A DNA stretch of 60,000 bases from Lytechinus pictus (Eukaryota). The notes under the pieces were generated by a model, which saw nothing but the letters and a program-made list of their open reading frames with translations, made no database searches and was not told the DNA's origin. Shown piece after piece: positions 49,832 through 60,000 of the stretch. The position numbers and the translations under genes are program-made. Where the stretch lies: positions 10,418,001 to 10,478,000 of the forward strand of contig NC_087263.1 of the NCBI RefSeq assembly GCF_037042905.1, given 5' to 3'. Every line of letters begins with the position of its first letter. Position 1 is the first letter of the stretch.

Positions 49832-50357
49832 GGGAGGTTTCACAAACACTTCGCAGACGCGTTTTGGAACGTTGAGAATTATCTTGCCATAAGCCCTTCA
49901 TGGCAAAGTAGCCTTTGAGAAAATCGGTGAATCAAGACAGTGGTGTCGTTCTGGCCTCTGGGCAAACGACATATTTACAAGTTTTCATCAGCTACAAATC
50001 TTGGGACGATCTGCAGCTGTCCCGGTTCCCACATTTCTTTTTCGACAATGACCTCCAAGCTGTTAATTGTACACTCTTAAAATAAATCAGTCAAATTGAC
50101 TAGTCAAGGAGTCAGTTGGGTGCAACTGATATGCTAGTCATATTTCTGACATAATTATATTCTAGTTAGAAATAACTCTGTTCTAGTAAAGTACGACTAG
50201 AAAATAGTCAAATATTACTAGAATAACAGTTGCACCCAGTTGACCCTATTAACTAGTCATTTTTTACTGATTTGTTTTTAGAGTGTAATTTGACGGACAT
50301 TTTCAATAGATTCTCAACGTTCCAGAATGCGTCTGAGTAGTGTTTGAGAAAACTCAC
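49832..50357. mobile_element. MITE with a nested palindromic MITE (about 50070-50287)
   Basis: Outer CAGACGCGTTTTGGAACGTTGAGAAT / ATTCTCAACGTTCCAGAATGCGTCTG; inner TACACTCT...AGAGTGTA. Confidence 0.65.
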
Positions 50358-51339
50358 TGCAACAAAGGTGCTATCAACCAACCTGTGGGCCAATCCTGTA
50401 TCATAAATAGAGTATGTGTTCTTCAGAATCTTAGAAGATATCAACCACAACCAAATTCATTTTATAGAACTCTATTCACTTCAGGAAACTTCATATTCAT
50501 GAGATTATAAAATGCATCTGTAAATGTAAAAAATACCCCAAAAAAGTGCACCAACATCTTCACCTCCTCCTCTTCCCCCTCCTCCTCCTCTCACCCCTCC
50601 TCCTCCTCCCCCTCCTGAGGGAAAATCAATTTGCCAGAATATACAAAATTTCATATGATATTGAAAATGAAATTTATAAACACCAAATAACCATTATACC
50701 GAAGAAAATTGGTACCAGGGGCCAATACCACGTGTGACATTTAAAAAATATAAATGCTACCCAAATAGCGCAGGTTGTACTGAATATCATACCACTCTTT
50801 TGTAATACATGTAGAAGGAAATTAAAATGGAAGAGCCAATCTACTCGTAAAATATATGCAATTATCATTGAAAAGCTTGACAATTAAAGTAGGGCAGCAA
50901 AGAAATGTGTCATTATGTTTTATATCAGCCACTGAGATATTGAAAACGCTATTTTGAATGTGCCAAGAAAATCAAGCAAAATATATTTAGACAAACTTCC
51001 TTATAAAAAATATTTTTTGTATCATACTTTTCGATGCCATTCTGATTTTCAATGATATTCGTCTAGAAATCGAATTCCGCAATTTTCCGACATTTCTTTT
51101 TATTATTCTCTAGAAACCACCAATGATACTAACAAAAGTTCTGAGACTTGATAAAACAGATTTTCCCCCTCTAAATCGATATCAGTACGGTTGATACGGT
51201 TTTATTGAATTTATAAAGTTAAAAAGGGGTTTTATGTCCCCTTGTATAGATAAAATGACCTTCCGCGATCGCTTTGAAAAACCAGTCACTCTGCAATACT
51301 TGCCAAGAGTAAAAGTAAAACTCACACGACTGGGATTAT

Positions 51340-51931
51340 TTAAAGGACAAGTCCACCCTAACAAAACCTTGATTTGAATAAAAAGAGAAAAATCCAACAA
51401 GCATAATCTTGAAAAATTTATCAAAGTCGGGTGTAAAATATTATGACATTTTAAAGTTTCGCTTAATTTCACAAAACAGTTATATGCACATCCTGGTTGG
51501 TATGCAACCGAGGATAGTGATGACATCATCCACTCACTATTTCTTTTGTATTTTATTATATGAACTATAAAATATTCTAATTTTGTCCACATTATCAAGT
51601 GAAACAACAATTCATTCCTGTCTGAACATGTGGGATTGGCATCGGTTTATTGCTATATGGTTCAGTCAGGTTGGTCTTTAATTGTCGAATCTGTAAAAAA
51701 TGAAATATTGTGTAACTCGAACAATAAAAAACAAAAGAAATAGTGAGTGAGGGACATCATCGTCTGTCTCATTTGCATGTTACTGAGTCTTTTTTTTGGT
51801 GAAAAATAAGCGAAACTTTAAAATGTCAAAACTTTCTTATTTTACATCCGATTTTGATGAAATTTTCTGCTAGTATTATTTTTTTCTATTTATTCAATGC
51901 AAACTTTTTGCTAGGGTGAACTTGACCTTTA
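51340..51931. mobile_element. Kolobok-like MITE (family of 13621/22328)
   Basis: TTAA-AGGACAAGTCCACCCTA ... TAGGGTGAACTTGACCTTTA. Confidence 0.75.
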
Positions 51932-53406
51932 TCTATCCATACCATGACTTTTCTACTCCCTCTGACATCCGTATTCATGATACCCTTACACTTTATTGGT
52001 TCAAAACTGTTGAATCAATAGGGTCGAGAATTTGTGCGTGCATAGTGTAGTCCCATACATGACTTTCTGTGTTTAGTGTTTGCTATTCTCGGTAATATTA
52101 AATCATGCTTTTGCAATTTTGGTCAGCAATGATAATTTTGAGACTGTTCATTTTTTGTCAGAATCAAAATAACTTTTTTCCTTCATATTTATCATAGGTT
52201 TTAGTCCCTTTAATCTGCATAGCCTCCATTTATCAAATTAAGTTGTTACTTTGTTCTTATGTTTTCCCACATAATGTATTCGTCGTGTTGATGTACATTG
52301 TTTTCAATTGTTATTTCCTAGTCGTCCCCCCTCGGTTAAAATGTTTGTATCAAATATTAATTTTGCAAGAATATGATCTGGGGAGCGTTTCATCAATATT
52401 TTCATCCGACAAGTTGTCAGATCTGACATCTTTCCTTGATTCTGATTGGCTGAGAGGCACTGTTCCTATGGTAACTGTCGGATAAACTGGTACTTGTCGG
52501 ATAAAATGTCCGACAAGTCCTTTCATGAAACGCCCCCCAGGTCAATCAAAATGCGCCGATTCATTGCTTTGAAATAAAGTGATCGCGATTCGCCACTTTT
52601 AGGTGAATCAGGTTGCTCAAGACAGCGAGGATCGTTCTCAGTAACAAAATGTTACCCGGAAGTTGTAAAATCAGTTTGATAGTCACGGTTTGGTTTTCAT
52701 ATTGGCTTTAAAATGCGACGCAACTTCTGTGTCGAACTTGTAATTGTCCCTAAAATGGTATGCGCATACATAAGACAGGGACTAGCTATTCTGCGCAAGT
52801 GCAAAGGTTTTTTTTTCGAAGTAACTTTTAGTTGCATGGCCAATCTCAAACTGCCAATCAATGGTCTGCAATCCACCCTATACGCATCAGAAAAGTTATT
52901 TAATAGTCAGTAGTCAGCAGTTCATATCTACTTCAGATCGAGTAGATACTCACCCTCAGTGTACTGGAGTCCATCTATATTTCGGTACAACGCGACAAAA
53001 CTCGACGAACGGTTCTCCCACATTTAAACTCATTATACTGCGTTGTTACATGGCCTTCCTTCAGAACTAGATCTGGGATGCTGGCGGTAGGAGTGCCCCC
53101 CCCCCCAAGATAATTCTGGGTATGCACCGTATGTTATAAACCATACGCCGCACCCTGGAAATTAGGTTGGTATGCTAAAATGTTGAAATATTCCCCAATC
53201 CTCCTTCATTATTTTGGATTGAAAAACATTTATTTAATTATTTTTTTTAATTTGGGGGGGGGGGGGGGGGGGGGGCTTGTTTGATAACCAACCACCATCC
53301 CCTCTTTAAAAAAATCGTTCCCAGGACACTGAATTATGGATCGATTCTCCTGAAGACGACAAGAATATGTTTGTCGAAACATCGAGTTTGGGTGGTCTTT
53401 TTGGGT

Positions 53407-54047
53407 GGAAGCGTCGTGGTGTAGCGGTTCTGACTCTCGCCTTGTAATCAGAGGGTCGTGTGTTCAAATCCCACCATGGCCTAGCGTCATTTGGCAAGGC
53501 GTTAATCCACACTTTGCCACTCTCCACCCAGGTGTTAAATGGCAGAAGCGGATCTAGAGGGGGGGTTGGGGGGGTTGCAACCCCCCAAAAAAAAAATCCG
53601 GGGACCATTTCTTTTAATCTTATCTTTTTTTTTAAACTTGTAATTTTATTTTATTCTATTTCTATATGTATTTATTTTTCAAAAAATTTCCCTACTGTGG
53701 GAGGGGGCACACCCCCCTCCCACACCCTCCCCCCTCGCTCGCTCCGCTCGCTTGGACTCGGTCGCTACGCTCCCTCGCATACCACCCCAACCTCCCCCTT
53801 TATAAAAAGCTGGATCCGCCCCATTATGGGTACCCGGTAGGATGTGAAAGCCTATATGTAGTATGCCTAGCAATTGAGTCTTGGAACTCTTGTTGGAATG
53901 CTCCCCAGGGAGTGGAGAAGGTGCATACATTGTATGAAGGCATGCAAGGATCCGATGACCGGGGTAATAATATGTCTGTAAAGCGCTTAGAGACGTCGTT
54001 CCGATGTATTAAGCGCTATATAAATGCGGAATATTATTATTATTATT
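53407..54047 (+). mobile_element. tRNA-derived SINE interrupted by a GCGGATC...GATCCGC element (53543-53825)
   Basis: Head TGGTGTAGCGG...GTTCAAATCC; the core CACCCAGGTGTTAAATGG|GTACCCGG is split with ATGG duplicated; (TAT)n tail. Confidence 0.7.
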
Positions 54048-54196
54048 TTCCAGGACCAACAATATTATTGCCCAAGAAAGATACGTGGTGTACCGTGCGT
54101 GAAACCTCACTACACTCTAAAATTGTGTTATGCAGGCTTAAAAGCAACTTTATCATGTTTATGGAACAACTTGCCAATGCACTGACATGTACTTAC

Positions 54197-54312
54197 CGAA
54201 TAGACGACACTCGGCACGCACGTGGGGCAAAATGGTGACGTCATTGTGACGATTACGGCCGGGAACCATGCTATCCACATTGCAGTAACGATAAAGGCCA
54301 AGGTACGAACGC
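54197..54312 (-). CDS. GPCR exon 2 (TM6 and ECL3)
   Basis: TTTTCATACGCAG| acceptor and TCG|GTAAGT donor; GVRTLAFIVTAMWIAWFPAVIVTMTSPFCPTCVPSVVYS. Confidence 0.85.
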
Positions 54313-54559
54313 CTGCGTATGAAAAAATAATTATATTAAATTGCATGTATGTCAAATAGCTTCAGCTAAACCAAAACGATGAAGTCACAATAAGCAGTTT
54401 TATTTATTTATTCATCTTATGCATTTCAGCGCTTTTTATACCATATCCCGTCGCGGTGGAGCAAGACACACACAACTTAGATTTGGCACGAAAATGGTCC
54501 ACATGGTCCTAACACGTAATGTATGAATATCTATATTAACCCATAATTGTTTGGAATCT

Positions 54560-54740
54560 GGGGTTGTTTCATAAAGCTGTTCGTAAGTTAAGAGCGACTT
54601 TAAGAACGACTGATGAACCTTTCTTATGCGCTAAATCATCACCAATGAACATTTTAGTGTATACCATTTATCAAAAGAAAGGATCACCAGTCGTTCTTAA
54701 AGTCACTCTTAACTTACGGACAGCTTTATGAAACACCCAC
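54560..54740. mobile_element. Short MITE
   Basis: TGTTTCATAAAGCTGTTCGTAAGTTAAGAG / CTCTTAACTTACGGACAGCTTTATGAAACA inverted arms. Confidence 0.7.
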
Positions 54741-56342
54741 CAGGCCGATTTTCGGGTATTCATTTGACCATACCTTTTGATACTTTGAATCAATTCATGC
54801 AGATGTGGTACGTGAAGCTCCCACATCGTCGGTGACACGACATATGCTCCGGCGACAATTGCCCCGGGCTGCATTTTGTCTAAGATATAAGGCTTGGATT
54901 ACGGTTGTAATATGGTTTTATGTTAGGTTTATGGTTAACATGGTTAAGCTTATGAAAGTGTATAAATCCAGGATTGAATTTGGTCATTCGATTAGTGTGT
55001 GAAATTTACAGCGGAGCAAATGTCATGTAATTCTTTCATCAGGCTCTATACCAAAATTATGGTCATGGAAGTACGTAAAACAACCAACTATTGATAGCGT
55101 TACATTATTCCTCTAGAACAAACAAAATTATCATCAATTGCCCTTCTTCACAAAGAACAGCCAAGAAGTCTTTGTCGAAAGCTCGTGAATCAAAACAGCG
55201 GTTTCGTCCTGGACGTCCTGATCCAGTCAAACTCCCTATTAACTGTATCATTGATGATGCAAAATTATTTTCAAAATCAGGGAAGTTCACCAATTCAGGT
55301 GATTAATCAATGTATAATTTTTAATAAAGTACATACATAGCATATTTTTCTAAAGACATGAATCTCATCATTCCTTGCTCGTCTCGCTCTCTCGCATTTT
55401 ACGTAGACAAATAGCTTGATATCAACATCATTTGAGGATGCATCAAGGGCGTGGGCTGGGGGTGCGCCGAGGCAGAGGAGTTCCGACACTTGCAAGCAAA
55501 ACGAAATTTGAGGCCTTTATTCTGCTTTCAGCAGCTGGTTTTCTAAACTTTAGTTCCACCTCCCCAAGATGTGCACCTCCCAATGCTCAAACCAGCCAGC
55601 CTCCGCCCTTGTGTATGGTGATCTCAGAAAACTAGGAAATCTTGAGGTATACGCGGTCGAATATTCATACTATTTATAACAAAATAGGGGTGACTGTTAA
55701 TACATTTTAGCCAGTATATAAATGCATTTTTGACGGTCCTCCATCTTACTCACGAGTTCATTACATAATATCTATATTAACGCGCATAATAATATTTGGG
55801 ATTGAAACCAATTTGTGTATCTCTCCGCTCTCTCGTATAATATCTAAATGATTGTGTTTTCCGGAAACCAAAACTAGAAAATGAGTTTACACCCATTAAC
55901 ATGATTAATGACATTATTGCTAACTCTTCCATTATGCTTAAGCAACATCACTAAAAATAATTCAATATATACACAATATATACGTGCAGGTATATACATT
56001 ATAGTAAATGAATCCTGTCCAAACTTAGCAACAGCAACGGGTGATTATAATGCAATTTTTTAATAATCAATTGGTCAACGATTTATTTTTCAGTCAGGTA
56101 ATACCATCATAATGGTATATACGATTCTTTCTAGTTATGATTTGGGCATTGAGCCCTCTTTGTGCTTATTAACTGACACATTTAACTGGATTTATAATCG
56201 GGCCTAATGCAAGAGAAATATTATTCACAATACTTATAACCAATTTTAAAATTTCAGCTACCAATTTAAGCCTGCAATAAGATAGTATTTCAATACAAGA
56301 ATATAATCGTTTATGAATACTTTAAATATATTTATGGCAAAC

Positions 56343-57254
56343 CTTTCATGCTCTCAGTGCCAATTTCCTTTGCCTTTTTTACGTCATTCTTTACAACAAC
56401 CACGACAACACTCTCAGTTGCAGCCGATGTCTGTACCGATGCAGTTATATTGCCAGTTCCAGGGTCACTTGGCCGGTCGACAGTGGAAGACGGAGACTGC
56501 GCGATCCCTGTTGCAAGTCTCATCTTCTTTCGCCCTTTGTAGAATTTTCTAATCACGGCGTAAATTTTGGCACAGAGGACGGTGGTTAGGATATAGAGGA
56601 TGACGAAGTAAACCATGGGCAGGACAAAGCTTGCAACGACACTCTGGAAGTACAAGGGTTCACAGACATCTTCAGGAAAGGGCCTTTGGTCATTGCCGTT
56701 GATGATCTGCCAGAGTGTCGTCACAGGTAACCAAACCAGATGAACGGGAGAATGTAACCGATTGCGATGATGAGGATTGCACGGGACCGTCGTCGCCAGT
56801 GTTGACGATGTCGGAAAGGGTCCGATACAGCAACGCAACGATCGAGGCTGATGAGGGTTACGAGTACCATGCTCGTATATGTAAACGCGTGGTCGAGGAA
56901 GGAGAAGATGTCACAAAAGACGGCACTGAACGGCCATCGTCCCATGATGATGACGACGGCGAAGAGAGGCATGTCGACTGCACCGACCAACAGGTCGGCG
57001 ATGGCCAGACCCAAAATGAAATAGTTGTTGTAAGTGCGGAGTTTGGTTGTCGTGCAGAACGCGATGACGACGAAGAGATTCCCGATAACGGTCATGAAGA
57101 TGACCACGGCTATGACCAAGGATAATACAATAACGACGTCCGGAGAATAAGGACTCGACAGGACGATGTCCTCACCGTCTCCTGCTAAAGTGACCAGGGT
57201 AACGACATCAGTCAGAATTTCAGACGCCACCGTTGTGCCGACAAGGCTAGACAT
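56343..57254 (-). CDS. GPCR exon 1 (N-terminus, TM1-TM5, ICL3), containing the frameshift at about 56740
   Basis: Two overlapping ORFs (56721-57341 and 56332-56838) carry TM1-4 and TM4-ICL3 in different frames; the weak donor AAAG|GTTTGC joins to exon 2 to give ESMKGVRTL. Confidence 0.8.
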
Positions 57255-58390
57255 ATTGCAAAAGTTTTCACTGCTGCAGTTCTTGATGGGAAATCGGCAA
57301 ATACTTCTTGCATCAATTTCACCTCTCCACATGCACAGCATTTCACTTAACGTTAAAAACTCTTCAATCCCTATAATTATATATCCTTTCCGAGATGGAT
57401 ATTGCGGAGGACAAGTTTACGCATGCTCAGTGTTAAATTCAATTTCATTCAATTGTGTTGACCTATACTGTCTTGCATAAGCATAAGCAATTTCGCTGGT
57501 GGGTATCATGCACGTTCTAGTAAACTGAGTAAATTTGCAATTGTGAGTAACCTCTCAGACATACAGAATCTTTATTTTCTTCTTCTCTCCCCCATTCCCT
57601 CTCTTTCTCTATTTTACATTTTCAATTTCCGAATTTTTTTACTCGTACTAACAGGTGTCTCCTGAATCTAATCATGAAGTATACCCATCAATGTTTTTAC
57701 AATCATACTTTAAGAAGCACAAGAAGGACTTCATCAATATATTTTTTCTTTGTGTGTTTTTGTTTGATAACTTGTTTTTATATTATAATGATAAACCGTT
57801 GAAAAAGCATGCAGAAATTTACTAATCTCCCTGGCTGATTTTATTTTTGTTTTGTTTTTGCTTTTTGCTATGACAAAGAAACATCGGGAAAAATTATATC
57901 ATGCGTTATTCCAATGTTTGGGATTTTCAAATTGACTGCATATCGGCGAAATTTCAAGGGTCCAAACAGCTATAACATTGCCGACTTTTTTTCAATATGT
58001 TGAAATTTTATTTCCATTTCTTTTTTTCTTCTGTTTTTAAATGTTAAGAATTGCTTTGTACGGAGAGTGAATTCCCTTACGAAATCACATTTTAAAGAAC
58101 ATCTCATTTTTGCTACGCGTATTCCTTTCATTTAAATTGTGCGACCGAAGTCATACCACGGTCTCTTGCGAAAACTTTAGAATCGTATTTTCTCATAATA
58201 TTGTTACAGCATTTTAGGTATAAATGTATATATTGTGGTAATAAATGAAATGTAAACATGACTAATACAGCTACGCCTGTTTTTCATATGTAATTATCAA
58301 TTTGTACATGTATGTATTTCATTAAAGACCATTTTATTTGAATTAAATTTGCACTCATTGATCAGTTGATGCACGTGTCCAACGGTTTTT

Positions 58391-59582
58391 GACTAGCCTG
58401 TATAGCAAAGTGAGACTATGGACGCCGCTTTTCCGACGGCGGCGGCGGTGGCGTCGGCGTCTTCAACATCAAATCTTAACCGAAGGTTAAGTTTTTAAAA
58501 TGTCATCATAACTTAAAAAGTATATGGGACTAGTTTATGGAAACTTGTACATAATGGTTATCAAGTAGTACTGAACAACCTGCCAGAGTCTGATGTCACA
58601 TGATCAAGGTCAAAGGTCATTTTGGGTCTATGAACTTAGACCGTGTTCAGGTCTGGAATCAACATCAAAATCTTAACCGAAGGTTATGTTTTTGAAATGT
58701 CATCATAACTTAGAAAGTATATAGGCCTAGTTCATGAAACTTGGACATAAGGGTGATCAAGTAATACTAAATATCCTGCCTGAGTCCTAGGTTACATGAC
58801 CAAGGTTAAATGTCATTTAGGGTCAATGAACTTTGGCCATGCTTGGGGGTATTTGTTGATTTTCATCATAACTTTGAAAGTTTATGGATCTGCTTCATGA
58901 AAGTTGGACATTAGAGTAATTCAATTCAATTCATTTATTTCCTCTTTCAATCTTTTCACATTTACAGTGATAGTTCAATATACATATTGACAAAATATAA
59001 CATTTAAATCAATTTATTTTTATAATACAATAATACGATGAAATCGGAAGGGAAGGAGACCAAGTAATCAAGTATCACTGAGCATCCTTTGTGAGTTTCA
59101 GGTCACATGACCAAGGTCAAAGGTTATTTAGGGTCAATGAACTTAGATTATGTTGGGGGAATTAGTTGAATTGCCATCATAACTTTGAGAGTATATAGAT
59201 CTAGTTAATGAAATATAAGAGCAATTAAGTATCATCAAACACCCTGTGCAGTTTCAGGTCACATGACCAAGGTCAAAGTTCATTTTGGGTCAACGAACTT
59301 GGCAATGTTGAAGGTATTTGCTGAATTGCTTTGAAAGTTGAAGATCTAGTTCATGAAACTTAGTCATTAGAGTAATCAAGTATCATTGAACATCCTGCTT
59401 GAGATTCAGGTCACATGACCAAGGTCAAAGGACATTTAGGGTTAATGAACAAAGTATTTTATTATCGTACGAATAGTGGGGTTTTTGTAAATAACTATTC
59501 AATAGTTGTTTTTCAAAGTCAGCGCTGCTGCTATATTGAATGGCGTAATGCAGGCGAGACTGCCAGAGGCGTTCCACTTGTT
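58391..59582 (+). mobile_element. Helentron-associated (HINE / Tsp / DINE-1-like) element with central ~155-195-bp tandem repeats
   Basis: T-run insertion site; 5' subTIR GACTAGCCTG against 3' CAGGCGAGAC (59551-59560); internal GTGAGAC partial IR; (CGG)n microsatellite; repeated GTCACATGACCAAGGTCAAAGG units; short 3' hairpin. Confidence 0.7.
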
Positions 59583-60000
59583 TCTGTCTTCTGATGATCG
59601 TAAATATTAATATTGTTATACGAATGCCATGGTTATATTCATGAAGAAAATACATTCATAATTATTCTGTTAGAAAGCAGAATCGCTCAATCGTAAACAA
59701 ATTTCACTGTTTGTTTCACGTTTGCTACGAACCGGATAAAAACGTCCGCGATATTTGAATGTGTGTACTTTCAAAGTCTCTTTTTTTCGGGGGGGGGGGG
59801 TGGTTTTTGTATACTGATGATGGCGTACACTGCAAAACACTCGTCGGGTATCCACATCTGAAAAAACCGGGGAAGTGTTGAAAGAACATGAATCAAACCG
59901 ATGTTGTTTTAACATTGATTGGTGTTGCTTAAATGCCTATCCGGTGTTGTTTCAACACCTTTCTGGTGTTTTCCGATAAAGATACTGGACTGGTGTTAAA

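Larger units (their letters stand above)
48130..57254 (-). pseudogene. Aminergic class A GPCR (muscarinic acetylcholine/histamine receptor-like), 3 exons complement(join(48130..48270,54197..54312,56343..57254)), frameshifted in TM4
   Basis: TM1 GN, LRTYNNYFILGLAIADLLVG, D3.32, DRC, ESMK|GVRTLAFIV...WFP, CPTCVP and YMNSMVNPICY are all present with compatible splice phases. The spliced length of 1169 nt is not divisible by 3, and the frame changes at about 56740. Confidence 0.8.

Noticed and set aside
55091..55680. Short ORFs as additional GPCR ICL3 exons or a separate gene
   Set aside because: Exon 1 joins exon 2 directly to give the expected ESMKGVRTL motif; these ORFs show no recognisable homology or consistent splice phases.
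56715..57125. 136-aa acidic ORF on the plus strand
   Set aside because: Antisense shadow of the GPCR transmembrane coding sequence.

Overview
AT-rich, repeat-dense animal genomic DNA. The SINE/MITE repertoire and the genes suggest an invertebrate deuterostome, probably a sea urchin (inference). Three protein-coding loci were reconstructed by hand from splice sites. (1) The first coding exon of an R-Ras2/TC21-like GTPase on the minus strand (107..9; the gene runs off the left edge). (2) Head-to-head with it, a complete 7-coding-exon MPPED1/2-family metallophosphoesterase on the plus strand (6551..33233, about 313 aa). Its third coding exon is tandemly duplicated (3A 12267-12413, 3B 13005-13154). 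3A keeps the metal ligands (DTH, GDF), whereas 3B has intact splice sites and frame but reads DTF and GSF. The introns hold a G:U-rich long-range duplex (12901-12940 with 26721-26766) that would loop out 3B, plus a second stem between 3A and 3B. Together these make a candidate RNA-structure-controlled splicing switch between an enzyme and a pseudoenzyme isoform. (3) A 3-exon muscarinic/histamine-type aminergic GPCR on the minus strand (57254..48130) with a frameshift and several motif-breaking substitutions, probably a young pseudogene. The rest is nested MITEs, tRNA-derived SINEs, LINE tails, a Helentron/Tsp-like element, micro- and minisatellites, and a (TA)n-embedded element carrying a fully paired tRNA cloverleaf with a UCA anticodon.
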